Assembly: GCA_964016885.1 (NCBI GenBank)
Contig: OZ024762.1
Coordinates: forward strand, 992,001-1,056,000
Reading direction: 5' to 3'
DNA: 64,000 nucleotides
From: Eledone cirrhosa
Taxonomy: Eukaryota
In this document: in pieces, positions 1 to 14,231 of the stretch
Position numbering within the stretch: position 1 is the stretch's first letter
How the letters are laid out: each line of letters begins with the position of its first letter
The notes under the pieces: generated by a model
What the model saw: only the letters and a program-made list of their open reading frames with translations
Told to the model about the DNA's origin: nothing
Databases searched by the model: none
Translations under genes and position numbers: made by a program

Positions 1-1062
1 GTGGTGGTGTGGTAGTGGTGTGGTGGTGTGGTGGTGGTGGTGGTGGTGTGGTGGTGGTGTGGTGGTGGTGGTGGTGTGGTGTGGTGGTGGTGGTGGTGGT
101 GTGGTGGTGGTGGTGTGGTGGTGGTGGTGTGGTGGTGGTGTGGTGGTGGTGTAGTGGTGGTGGTGGTGGTGGTTGTGGTGGTGTGGTGGTGGTGTGGTGG
201 TGGTGTAGTGGTGGTGGTGGTGGTGGTGTGGTGGTGTGGTGGTGGTGTGGTGGTGGTGGTGGTGGTGTGGTGGTGGTGTGGTGGTGTAGTGGTGGTGGTG
301 GTGTGGTGGTGGTGGTGGTGTGGTGGTGGCGGAGTGGTGGTGGTGTAGTGGTGGTGGTGGTGTGGTGGTGGTGGTGGTGGTGGTGTGGTGGTGTGGTGGT
401 AGGTGGTGGTGGTGGTGGTGTGATGGTGGTGGTGTGGTGGTGGTGGTGGGGTGGTGGTGGTGGTGTAGTGGTGGTGGTGGTGGTGTGGTGGTGTGGTGGT
501 GGTGGCGGTGGTGTGGTGGTGGTGGTGGTGTAGTGGTGTGGTGGTGGTGTGGTGGTGGTGGTGGTGGTGGTGGGTGGTGTAGTGGTGGTGGTGGTGGTGG
601 TGGTGGTGGTGGTGGTGGTGGTGGTGGTGGTGGTGGTGGTGGTGGTGGTGGTGGTGGTGGTGGTGTGGTGGTGGTGGTGGTGGTGGTGGTGGTGGTGGTG
701 GTGGTGTGGTGGTGGTGGTGGTGTGGTGGTGGTGGTGACAGTGGTGGTGGTGGTGGTGGTGGTGGTGGTGGTGTGGTGGTGGTGTGGTGGTGGTGTGGTG
801 GTGGTGGTGGTGGTGGTGGTGGTGGTGGTGGTGGCGGTCAGTCGTATCAACTGTTCTAACCTTCCTCCTCCACCACACTGCACTCTTTCACCTCTGTCAC
901 CACTACACCACCACCACTACACCACCACCACCACTACACCACCACCACCACCACCACCACTACACCACCACCAGCACTACACCACCACCACCACACCACC
1001 ACCACCACCACTACAGCACCACTACCACCATACCACTACACCACCACCACCACCACTACACT
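1..1062. repeat. (GGT/GTG)n tract (1-835) followed by a complementary (CAC/ACC)n tract (about 870-1062)
   Basis: Direct reading. Confidence 0.95.
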
Positions 1063-2204
1063 GGTGTAAACAAGTGATGGCAATGTTGTTGTTACAGTTG
1101 TTGTTGTTTAACCCTAGGTCAGTAATGATCCACAGACAACCACAGGCAGTCAATGAAATGTTGCTGTTGTTGTTATTACTGTTGTTCTTCTAATGGCGGT
1201 GAATTGGCAGTATCGGCAGAGGGCTGGACGCCATGCTTTCTAACATAGAGTTACGGCCCTTTACAGTCTGAGTTCAAATCCCGCCGAGGTTAACTTTGCC
1301 TTTCATCCTTACGGGGTCGATAAAATAAAGCACCAGTAATACACTGGGGTAATTGCTGGCCTTGTGCCAAAAGTTGAAACAGTTATCACCGTTGTTCTTC
1401 TTTTTCATCCACTTATTCCTAAGAGGGTCGTGGGAGGGTCAGAGTCCTCAAACCCTCCCTCCAAAGGGTCCTGTCAGAAGCAACCATCTCCAAGCTGATC
1501 CGGCTGGATCCCCCAAATGACAATCAAAGCTCATGGATGTTATCCAGCCATCTTGCTCAGGGTCTCCCCCTGGGTCTCCTGCTGGTTGGTTTAGCCTGTA
1601 AAATCTGTCAAGAGATTCTTTCCTCAGACATTCTAACCACATGTCTGTAGTATCAGAGCTGTGATGGTTAGGGTTGGGGTGGTGGTGTGGAGGTAGTGAT
1701 ATAGAGGTAATGGTGATGGTTGTATGCAGTGTAGTGGTTGTAGTGTAGAGGTGGTTGTGGTGATGGTGTGGTGGTTATGTCTGTGGAGGTGGTTGTGTGG
1801 AGGTGGTGGTAGTGATGGCGGTGGTGGTGTGGTGGTGGTGTGGTGGTGGTGTGGTGGTTATGTCTGTGGAGGTGGTGATGGTGATGGTGGTGGTGTGGAG
1901 GTGGTGGTGTGGTGGTGGTGTGGTGTGGTGGTGGTGGTGTGGGGAGGGTGTAAGTAGCAGAGTAGGTAGTGTGGAGAGTAAAAATTAAAAAGATTAAAAA
2001 ACCAGCCAACACATCAAGCTCAACATTAATTAAATATTGTTGCTATGACAACAACAGGTGTAAATATAACTAATCAACCGAGGTGTGTACCTTCTCTCAC
2101 CTGTTCAGTACCTACTGAGGGGGGGGGGGGGGGGGGGGGTAAACATGGCTTCCTGTGTTGCAGCTAAAAATACCAACAGACTAACCCCCAACATGGAAAC
2201 AGTG

Positions 2205-2573
2205 TCATGTGACATTGTTATTGAGGTCATGTGACCAACAGATGTGAGACTTGACCAACAGATGTGACATGTGACCAACAGATGTGTCATGTGACCAACA
2301 GATGTGGGACTTGATCAACAGATGTGCCATGTGACCAACAGATGTATCATGTGACCAACATCTGTCACGTGACCAACAGATGTGCCATGTGACCAATAGA
2401 TGTACCATGTGACCAACATGTGTCACGTGACCAACAGATGTGTCATGTGACCAACAGATGTATCATGTGACCAACAGATGTGCCACGTGACCAACAGATG
2501 TGTCACGTGACCAACAGATGTTACATGACCAACAGATGTGTCATGTGACCAACAGATGTGTTACATGACCAAC
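2205..2573. repeat. 20-bp minisatellite CATGTGACCAACAGATGTGT, about 18 copies
   Basis: Direct reading. Confidence 0.95.
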
Positions 2574-2708
2574 ATACACCCAGTACACTCTGTAAAGTGG
2601 TTACACAAACATAGAAACAGAAATAGTAAAATAATTATGGTTGTGGTAGTAGTAGTAGTGGCAGTGGTGGTGGTGGTGGTAGTGGGGGGAGTAGCAATAG
2701 TGGCAGTG

Positions 2709-2762
<54 letters not shown>

Positions 2763-3465
2763 ATGGTGGTGGTGGTGGCAGTGGTGGTGGTAGCAATAGT
2801 GGCAGTGGTAGTAATGGTGGTAGTAGTAGTAGTAGTAGTAGCAGCAACAGTAGTAATAGTAGTAGTAGTAGCAGTAGTAGTAGTAGTATCAGCAGTAGTA
2901 GTAGTAGTATCAGCAGTATCAGTAGTAGTAGAAGTAACAGTAGTAGTAACAGTAGTAGTAGTAGCAGCAGTAGTAGTAGTAGTAGTGGTGGTAACAGTAC
3001 CCAAACTGCATCAAATTCTCTGCCCTTGAATGACTCTGAGAGGTTATTTTACAATCGGCTGATAGTCTGAGAGTTTCATGTGAGCGATATTGGGGAGTGA
3101 TTATAGCATATATATAGCATATATATAGCATATATATAGCATATATATATATAGGATATATATAGCATATATATATAGGATATATATAGCATATATATAC
3201 GAGAGAGAAGGAGGAGGGGTGAGAGAGAGAGAGATAAACAGAGAGAGAGATGCATGTGTGTAGGTGTACATATTTCTCTGCATATCGGTGTATATATATA
3301 TATATATATACATACATACATCAATATATACACATATATACATCATTATGTACGTGTGGTAAGTGGTCGCCCATAGCAACATTATATAATTGCCAGCATT
3401 CAATGTTATTTAAAGGCATTGCGCTTCTCTCTCTCTCTCTATCTCCATCTTAATAACTCTCTCTC

Positions 3466-3498
<33 letters not shown>

Positions 3499-4403
3499 CT
3501 GTGTGTGTCTCTGTGTGTGTGTGCTTCACCAAATCATTAGACTAACACACACACACAGGCTCATACCCTCACACACACACACAGGGCTCACATAGACACA
3601 CCCTAATAAACAGACTCACCTTCACACACAAATATACACTCACATTCACACAAATACCGGCACACACTCACATACACACACACACACCAACACCAACACA
3701 CACTCACACTAACACACACTCACATTCACATACACACACCCACACACACAGACACACACACACTAACACACTCACATACACACACGAACTCACAGACACA
3801 CCTACTCACACAGACACACACACACACTCACATACACACACCCACACCAACACACTCACACAGACACACACACACTAACACACACTCACATAGACACACA
3901 CAAGCACACCCTCTTACATTCAAGGCTCACCCTTTCACACAGACACACTGACTAAAATACTGATTACCAACACTTGACCTTGCTTTGGTCACGTGAGGGT
4001 GCCAGGCTTAGTGGTTAAAGTGTTGGGTTCACCAACACAAACATAAGGTCGCGAGTTTGATTCCCATCTGGGCGGTGTGTTGTGTCCTTGAGCAAGACAC
4101 TTTATTTACACGCTCCTCCAGTCGACTCAGCTGGGGAATAAAATGAGAATTAATTTTGCTTGGAATTCAAAGAGCCAGCCACATCACACACTGTGTTACA
4201 CTGAATCTCCCTGAGAATTAAGGTGGTATGTTCGACAATTTGCATGGTAATTTCAAGAGCAGCCCTTCTGTTGTTCACACAACTGGAATACTCATCATCG
4301 CAACTGACTGAGGTCCAACAACATACATACATTGTATATATATATATACAAACAAACATTCACATACATACACACATATATACACACATACAAACAAATA
4401 TAC

Positions 4404-4448
<45 letters not shown>

Positions 4449-4521
4449 TGTATATATATCTATTATTAGTACAGATTTAATCTGTACTAATAATAGATAT
4501 TTGCTTTACGGCTTATATATA

Positions 4522-4553
<32 letters not shown>

Positions 4554-4555
4554 CA

Positions 4556-4587
<32 letters not shown>

Positions 4588-4589
4588 CA

Positions 4590-4654
<65 letters not shown>

Positions 4655-4687
4655 GTGTGCGTGTATATATATATATATATATATACA

Positions 4688-4734
<47 letters not shown>

Positions 4735-5140
4735 GGATATATATAATCCTTATCAAACCCTCTTTGGATTTTGGCCTTCATAATTATTATTGCTATTATT
4801 ACTATACATATATATATATTATACAACATATACATACACACACACATATATATATATATTATACAACATATACATACACACACACATATATATTTATAAA
4901 TGGTCATATATCGGTTTTAAGGATTGCTGTCCCTTGACCTTTTTCTCATACATGGATGGCACGAATGTGACCTTTTAGCCCGATGACACCCCACCCACAC
5001 ACACCATCCCCCAGGACTTAGATTCCTTTCTGCATATGCTGCAGTGAAATAAGAAAAAAGGAAAGGCCAAGCTCACACAACACATGTGAAAGTTGTTTAG
5101 ATCAAGTGATGTCTGTATTGAAGGTTTTTTAAATCAAGAA

Positions 5141-5362
5141 AAGGCCTTACACTGGACCAACCCCACTCTCTGGACAATGGTGACAAGGCCTTACACTGGA
5201 CCAACCCCACTCTCTGGACAATGGTGACAAGGCCTTACACTGGACCAACCCCCACTCTCTGGACAATGGTGACAAGGCCTTACACTGGACCAACCCCCAC
5301 TCTCTGGACAATGGTGACAAGGCCTTACACTGGACCAATCCCACTCTGAACAACAGTGACAG
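5141..5362. repeat. 44-45-bp minisatellite, about 5 copies
   Basis: AAGGCCTTACACTGGACCAACCCCACTCTCTGGACAATGGTGAC units. Confidence 0.95.
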
Positions 5363-7036
5363 GTATCTAAAAAGAAGAACAGGTCAACATTATTGGCTGT
5401 CATCTTGTTGCAGGTTTTACATCAGAGTTTTCCTTCTCCTAGAATAATGTCCTAACAAGAACTAAGGAGTCTCTCACTCCCAGTGGGGTAACTGTGTGCT
5501 AGGGCACCAGACAAAGTACAGTTGTCCCCCGGTATTCACGGGGGTTTTGTTCCTAGGGCACCCGCAAAGAATGAAAAATCGTGAATATTGGACGTGGTCC
5601 ATAAAAATGACTCTAAACTTCAAAATATAATGGAAAAATATATTTTAAAAAAGAGGGAGCATCTTATGCAACCAAATTGCTCAGAGTCTACCCCAGGGTC
5701 TCCTGTCAGTCGGTTTTGCCTGTAAAATCTATCTAGGGATTCTTGAGCTTATGGATGTTATCCAACCATCTTGCTCAGGTCTACCCCTGGGTCTCCTGCC
5801 GGTTGGTTTTGCCTGTAAAATCTGTCCAGCGATTCTTTAAAAAGGCTTTCAAAATAAGTATGAAAATGGAAAAGAAACCACTTGAAAACATCCATTAGTA
5901 CTGTTTATTTAAAATATTTGCCTGACAAACATTTAAAGACGCAGTTTATGTCCTAAATTTGATTTACATAAGAAACAAATCAATAAAAATTGATCAAAGA
6001 AAACAAAAGTGATGACGTGAGCATTCAATTATATGCTGCAACGATTTTTAAAGCAAGCCTAAACACTCACAGTGTTGCTGTGAGAGATAGTGTGTCTAAG
6101 TCGTTGGAATAGCTAAGCACCTGATACTTCAGTTAGGAGAGCCGTCAACAGAACATAGCCACGAGAGAGAGCGTGTCTAAGTCATTGGAATAGCCAAGCA
6201 CCTGATACTTCAGTTAGGAGAGCCATCAAACATTGACAAGAATTTCATTATCAACAAGCTGGGACCAGCTTCCTGCTCCTCCCAATATCTTGAAATGATT
6301 AAATGGACAGAAGAAAAATTAGTAATTAGTGAATAGTCGACTGGATTAACAACACCCCCTCAACCATCCCCCAGTATCATAAAAGTCTTGTTAGGCCGGT
6401 GCTGATCCCAGTTTCCTGGCATCAAATGATTGAAAGTACAAGACTCCCCCCTGGACAGGACGCCAGTCCATCGCATGGTCCAACCCCCAGCTATTGCTGG
6501 TACTCATTTCAAGCAGGGTATACTGGAGCAACGAGAAATGAAGTGTTTTGCTTAAGAACACAACACAGCCCAGGAATGAAACCCACAACGTGATGATCGT
6601 AAGTCCAACACCCTTACCACTGGGGCACGCTAAACTATCCCCTAGACAGGACACCAGTCCATCACAGGGTTAAACCCCCAGCTATTGCAGCTGGTACCCA
6701 TTTTCAGCTGAGTATACTGGAGCAACGTGAAATGAAGTGTCTTGCTCAAGATGGCAACACAACACACAACCCAGCCCAGGAATCAAACCCACGACATTAT
6801 GATCATAAGCCCAACACCATTACCACTAGACCACATGCCTCCACAATATCCCAGTATGAAACTGGTATATATTTTTCAATGGAATGTTGGTAGGGTGGTG
6901 ATGAAATAACATCCTGTTTGGCCTAATATGATATATAAATGACAACTTCTCAGTCAGCTGAGAGTTGAATATTGATCATGGTGGTGTGTGGGCGGTGGAG
7001 TTTACTTTGAATGTTGCTGGTATGAGCACGTGTATG

Positions 7037-7104
<68 letters not shown>

Positions 7105-7113
7105 ATGTATGTA

Positions 7114-7213
<100 letters not shown>

Positions 7214-7350
7214 CGTGTGTGTGTGTGTGTGTATATATATGTATATATACATATATACGTGTGTATATATATATAAGTACATACATATTTATACACATAT
7301 ATATAAATGTCTGTATATATATATACATAGATATATGTATGTGTATATCT

Positions 7351-7385
<35 letters not shown>

Positions 7386-8107
7386 TATCTGTATATCTAT
7401 ACATATATGTATATATATATATATCTTTATCTGTCTATATATACATACATGTATGTATATCTATATCTATAATTATCTATCTCTCTCTATATGTATATAC
7501 TTATACACGCGTATGTGTGTATATATATATATACACACTATATATATACAGTGTGTATATATATACAGTGTGTATATATATACACAGTGTATATATATAT
7601 ATATACACACTATATATATATACAGTGTGTATATATATACAGTGTATATATATATATATACACTATATATATACAGTGTGTATATATACACTGTGTATAT
7701 ATATACACAGTGTATATATATATACAAGACCAATCTCGGTTGACCGACAGCCTGAAGGTCAGAGGTTACCAAAACACCGGCTAACCCATGAAAACAGAAA
7801 AACAACAGATGTAAACACTATGATGATGATGATGATCACACACATACAAACACATATATACATACATGTGATACATACACACACATACAAACATACATGT
7901 GATACATACAGACATACATATACATACACACACACATAGACATACATATACACATACATGCATGAGATACATACATATACACACATACATATATATACAC
8001 ATACATATACACACACACACACATACATACACACATGTGACACACACAATGTAAAGTTTCACATACGTAATAAGATTCAACACAAAAAACCAAAATTCAA
8101 CTTCCAT

Positions 8108-8154
<47 letters not shown>

Positions 8155-8158
8155 TTAT

Positions 8159-8201
<43 letters not shown>

Positions 8202-8205
8202 TTAT

Positions 8206-8250
<45 letters not shown>

Positions 8251-8254
8251 TTAT

Positions 8255-8293
<39 letters not shown>

Positions 8294-8297
8294 TTAT

Positions 8298-8340
<43 letters not shown>

Positions 8341-8344
8341 TTAT

Positions 8345-8383
<39 letters not shown>

Positions 8384-9037
8384 TTGGGATTTGTTGGTAA
8401 AAACTCTGTGTGTAAAATGTAGAATAAGTTGGAGATGGTTGCTTATGACAGGAACCACTAGAGGGAGAGGTTGAAGACCCCCACATAACCCTCTCAGGAA
8501 TAAGTGGAGAGAAGAAGAAGAAGAAGAAGAAGAAGAAGAAGAAAGAAAAAGGAGGAAAAGAAGAATTATAATACATTATTGCTAGAGGGTCAGACACCAT
8601 GCTTTTCAGCATAGAGTTGTGGCCCTTTGCGTTATGAGTTCACATCCCGCCAAGGTTAACTTTGCCTTTCACTGTTACCGGGGTTAATAAAAATAAAGTA
8701 CCAGTAATACACTGTGGTACTTGCTGGCCTTGTGCCAAAAGTAGAAACAATTTATTTTACATTAAACAAGGGAGATTACTCCTATGAACCCTTCAGGCGT
8801 TATTTTCTCCTTCTCGGTCGGAAGAGGGTTTATGGCTTATGTAAGCTAAAATTCGTTGACTTCGTTTCGCTCTAGATGTATTTATGTTAATTTAGCTAAT
8901 TTAAACTGGTTTTTAATTACAGTTAATGAAATTGCTAAGCAGGGATATAAAGATATAGAGTATTAAAAAAAAAACGAAAGACAGGCATGAGTAATAAAAA
9001 CGAAAAGACCCGAATATTCAATCACACGTAATTCATT

Positions 9038-9075
<38 letters not shown>

Positions 9076-9402
9076 TATTTATATATACATATATATATAT
9101 TTACATGTATGCATATATATATGTACATATATACAGGATGTACCAAAAACATCTATACACACTTTAATTCGAATGCTATTGAAGTGTGTATACATTCTTT
9201 TAGGACACTCCGTATATGTATACATACACACATATATTATATATATATATATATATATATACATACATATTGCATATATATTATATAAATATACGCATAT
9301 ATATATATACACACACACATATACACATTCCCGGGCAGTCAGTTTTCACCGACATAAATATTCTACTGATAGGCACTTGTTGGCTGAGTTATTCTTCACC
9401 AC

Positions 9403-9517
<115 letters not shown>

Positions 9518-9658
9518 ATACACACATATATGCAGGATGTCCCCAAAAAATGTATACCATATTTATTAGAGTGCTGTTGAAGTGTGTATACATTTTTTAG
9601 GACACTGTATAAAATATGTGATTATATTTTCTTTTCTAAGATGAGAGAAGCTCAATGC

Positions 9659-9759
<101 letters not shown>

Positions 9760-10304
9760 TATGTGTATATATAAATTATCAAATCTGTTACATAAACTAG
9801 TATTGATTAGGTATATATATAACTATATATATTTACACACATATATAATATATGAATACATAATACCTATATACATATATATATATATATACACACTCAG
9901 AGACGCCGATAGCATCTCACACACCACATGCATACATTAACATAAATACACATACCCAACCTATATCTCTGTGTATCTCAAGCATTATTGACCATTCCTG
10001 CAAGGAATGGCCTATCTACACACACTTAGACATTTCTACTTGTTGTGGTTTTATACAGCAGACCTCACTCAATATACACTAAACCCCCGTCTATAAAATT
10101 ATGCATGCACGCCCACGCGCATGTGTTTCTCCAATGCACTCTCTTGCAGGTGTGTGTGTGTGTGTGTGTATATAAATATATTCAAAATAGGAGGGGGGCA
10201 CATACATGTATATATATAAATATATATCCAAAATAGGGGGGGGGGGGGACACATACATGTATATATATATGCAAGCAGGGAAGAACGGACATAAAATGAT
10301 GATG

Positions 10305-10337
<33 letters not shown>

Positions 10338-10392
10338 TATATATATATTCAAAATAAGGTGGGCCACATACATGAAGATGTATATATAAAGT

Positions 10393-10424
<32 letters not shown>

Positions 10425-10605
10425 GTCCTAAAAGATACATATTTATTAGAAAGCTGTTCAAGTGTGTATGCATTTTTGGGGGACACCCTATATATATATT
10501 CAAAATAGGGAGCTCATATATATGTATATATACACACACACACACACATATATATATGTGTGTGTTTGTGTAAAATAATGGCAGCTGCTACATATATATA
10601 CACAC

Positions 10606-10644
<39 letters not shown>

Positions 10645-11227
10645 GGCTACGTAAACGGAATGACCGGTTCTAACTATCGGTGAACCAGACAACAAACATA
10701 TATATATGTGTGTGTATATATGTATATGTATGTTTAGTATCGATGTCAACTACACTCAGTACTCAATACCACAATAAAGATTAATACTTTATTAACATCG
10801 ACTCAATAAATTTCCTCCTTGTACTACAGGTTTCACAACATATATTTATATATATCTATATAGAGAGAGAGAGAGAGACACAACACACATATATATATAT
10901 AGAGAGAGATAGACATAGATATATATGCAGTGCCCCCCAAAAATGTATACAACCTTCAACACCATTCTAACCAAAGTATGTATAGATTTTTTTTGGAACA
11001 CCCTGTATATATATGTGTGTGTGTGTGTGTCTCTCTCTCTATATATATATATAAATATATGTGTGTGTATATAGTTAAATACTATATATATATATATGTA
11101 TGTATATAAATATATGTTGTGAAACCTGTAGTACAAGGAGGATAACTACAGTATGGTACTCAATACATTAGTAGAGTGTAAACATCAAGTTTAATATAGA
11201 AATACCTTCTACAGGACTAGAACGGTG

Positions 11228-11273
<46 letters not shown>

Positions 11274-11419
11274 GTGTGTCTGAGCCATCAGACTTGTCAC
11301 TCTGTAGTTTCGTCTCTATATTGACAAGATCATCAGACACTGAGTTAGTCATAATACATGATATTATCATTCGGTATTGACTACTACATCTAGCGTCTCT
11401 CGACATCATACGGACGGGG

Positions 11420-11452
<33 letters not shown>

Positions 11453-11651
11453 CATACAGACATATATATATATATACACATACATACAGTCAGACATATA
11501 TATACACATACATACATACAGACATATATGTCTCTCTACATATATATATGCATGTGTGTACATGCATATATGAACGCATATCTATATACGTATGTATGTT
11601 TATATATTTGCGTATGTATATACATACGCATATATATATGCACATATATAC

Positions 11652-11703
<52 letters not shown>

Positions 11704-11951
11704 ATGATTAGAACCGGAAGACCAGAGTAGTTCCGATATTTCGAGTTAATTTATGACAAGGTTAGCTGCAAACGAAGGTGAACAAACCAAAACAAATATC
11801 AAATATACATATATATATATATACATATATATATACATATATATACATATACATATACATATATACACGCATATATATATTTGATAAGGAGAAGCCAAAT
11901 TAAAGAGTAGTTTGAAATCCACACCGTTTACAAAGCTAGAACTAGTATATG

Positions 11952-12023
<72 letters not shown>

Positions 12024-12166
12024 CATAATAAACAACACAATATAATTATTCCATTACCAAAGGTTTCAGGAGATCCTTACAGAAACGAATAATTATACTG
12101 TGTTGTTTATTATATAATTAAATAGCTCCTATTTCCTTTACCATTTCTACGGAAATACTTAACATG

Positions 12167-12199
<33 letters not shown>

Positions 12200-12275
12200 C
12201 GAAGGAGGTGTGGTAAGGAACCAGATGGACCATAACGCACCAGAGTACTCAATACTTAGGGTAGTAGAGTGGGTA

Positions 12276-12361
12276 ATAGGAAAATGTTCAAGACCCCGAG
12301 TCCAGAAATAGCCGTCGAAACGGCTTGAGCTCTGCCGTCGGGGTCTTGAACATTTTCCTAT
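12276..12361. repeat. Fold-back element family C (also 48061-48142; single-arm copies at about 13255-13312 and 14775-14830)
   Basis: TAGGAAAATGTTCAAGACCCCGA ... TCGGGGTCTTGAACATTTTCCTA. Confidence 0.8.
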
Positions 12362-12776
12362 ATATATGTGTGTGTGTATATATTAAAGGGCTGAGAGACA
12401 TCAGCCAAACAAACGGCATATAAAAACATGTTTGATAAGGACGAAAGTAAGAAGAGAATTTGTAAAATCTAATCAACAGTGTTGAAATAACAGAGAAGCC
12501 TGCATCAGGTACTCTGGGCTGGGGTGGCGGTTTAACGGTCTTGGAGGGGTGGCATGATAACAAATAACACTTTACTATCGCTCAAACTAACCACATATAT
12601 ATACAGGCTGTCCCCTAAAAATGTATATATACAGGCAATATTTATAAGTATACACAGCCTACATTTTATGGGACACCTTGTATTTATGTTTACATAATCT
12701 AAAGAATGCATATGAAACAGAATTTATCTTAATGCAGTTTTAAAGATTTTGTTGTGTATATATTTTTTGGGACACC

Positions 12777-12811
<35 letters not shown>

Positions 12812-12891
12812 GTATATATATATATATATATATATACATACATACAGGGTGTCCCAAAAAATATATACACAACAAAATCTTTTAAACTATA

Positions 12892-12931
<40 letters not shown>

Positions 12932-13462
12932 TATATTTGATAAAGTGAAAAGCATGGGGTGCAACCCAAACACGTCTTAAGCCAAGAACCCTTCACCCTC
13001 AATACATTAGTAGAGTGTAAACATCACGTTTAATATAGTGATGGCTTCTACAGGACTAGAACTGTTTCAGTCGAAGGAAATCATCAGGGTTTTCTTGACG
13101 ATTTCCTTCGAATGAAACAGTTCTAGTCCTGTAGAAGCCATCGCTTTATCTACCCAATATATACATACATATATATATATATTAGGGTGTGGTAAAACCA
13201 GGTAGACCGTAACCCACCAGATTACACTCGATACTTGAGGTAAAAGAGTGGGTAATTCGGGTCTAGCTGTCGAAACGGCCGGAGCTCAGCCGTCGGGGTC
13301 CTGAATCGTTTCATCTATATAAATATATGTATATATATTTATATTATATACACAAATCAGGGTGGATTCAGTTTGAAACTGGTTAGACCATTACTCAACA
13401 AAGTACTCGATACTTGGGGTAGTAAATAAACATATATATATATATATATATATGTGTGTGTA

Positions 13463-13526
<64 letters not shown>

Positions 13527-13729
13527 TTTTATTAAAATCATATTTGAATGAAAACAGTTCACAGACAAAAGTGAAAATGGTTTGTTTTGAAATGCTTAAA
13601 TGCTTAAAGAAGGGCGACGGGTTTGATAAAGAGGGAGGGTAGAGGGTTTGATAAAGTGGAAGGGTAGAGGGTTTGATAAAGAGGAAGGGTAGAGGGTTTG
13701 ATAAAGTGATATGAAGCTTAAGTACTTAC

Positions 13730-14231
13730 CATTACCCAGACAAACCCTGAAACTGGTCCCTCTGAATACGAAGTAGAGAATTAAACGTTTCCGAGAAGAG
13801 AAGTTTAGTCCAAGAGCAGCTAGTTCTTTCCAGCATTGAGTGAGGGTGTCCCATGATGGGGGGAACAATACCAAGGTCCCCTTTAAGGGAGGGCGTTGGG
13901 GGTGCCAGAAATGGTTGTAGTGTCGCAGGTGGTGGTTGTGGTAGTAATCGGTGTTTATGTTATTGATACTATCCAGGTAATGCATTCGTTCATCCGAAAG
14001 GCAACTGGTTGAGGTCCTATAGGGGCGGTGGTATTGTTGTTGTTGTTGTTGTGACTGTAGCTGTGGTTGTTGTTGTTGTAGCTGTGGTTGTTGTGACTGT
14101 AGCTGTGGTTGATGTTGTTGTTGCTGCTGCTTGATGTTGATAGCCTGGTGGTGGTAATGGTAGTGATGGTGGTGGTGATAGTGATCGTGGTGCGAGGTAG
14201 TGTCACCTTCCGCCCAATGATACCAAGCCAT
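13730..14231 (-). CDS. Probable first coding exon (His/Gln-rich N-terminus) of a gene running off the left edge; possibly a Slo2/KCNT-like channel
   Basis: GGCATGG start; 167-codon open frame with poly-H/poly-Q followed by complex sequence; strong donor AATG|GTAAGT at 13729. RKRLILYFVFRGTSFRVCLGN weakly resembles the Slo2 N-terminal KERL.LYFIKNQRSSLRIRIFN. Confidence 0.5.

Noticed and set aside
9-1193. Poly-V/W/G ORFs
   Set aside because: Translations of (GGT)n microsatellite; no coding signal
8105-8383. CRISPR-like repeat-spacer appearance
   Set aside because: Spacers are pure (TA)n, context is eukaryotic, and there are no cas genes; the other arrays here are tandem minisatellites without unique spacers
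11280-11420. Complex peptide [12 protein letters not shown]... as a second exon of the orphan gene
   Set aside because: No convincing splice sites; flanked by microsatellites; no family resemblance
12288-12563. 91-aa minus-strand ORF
   Set aside because: Non-ATG start, runs into a fold-back repeat, no recognisable domain
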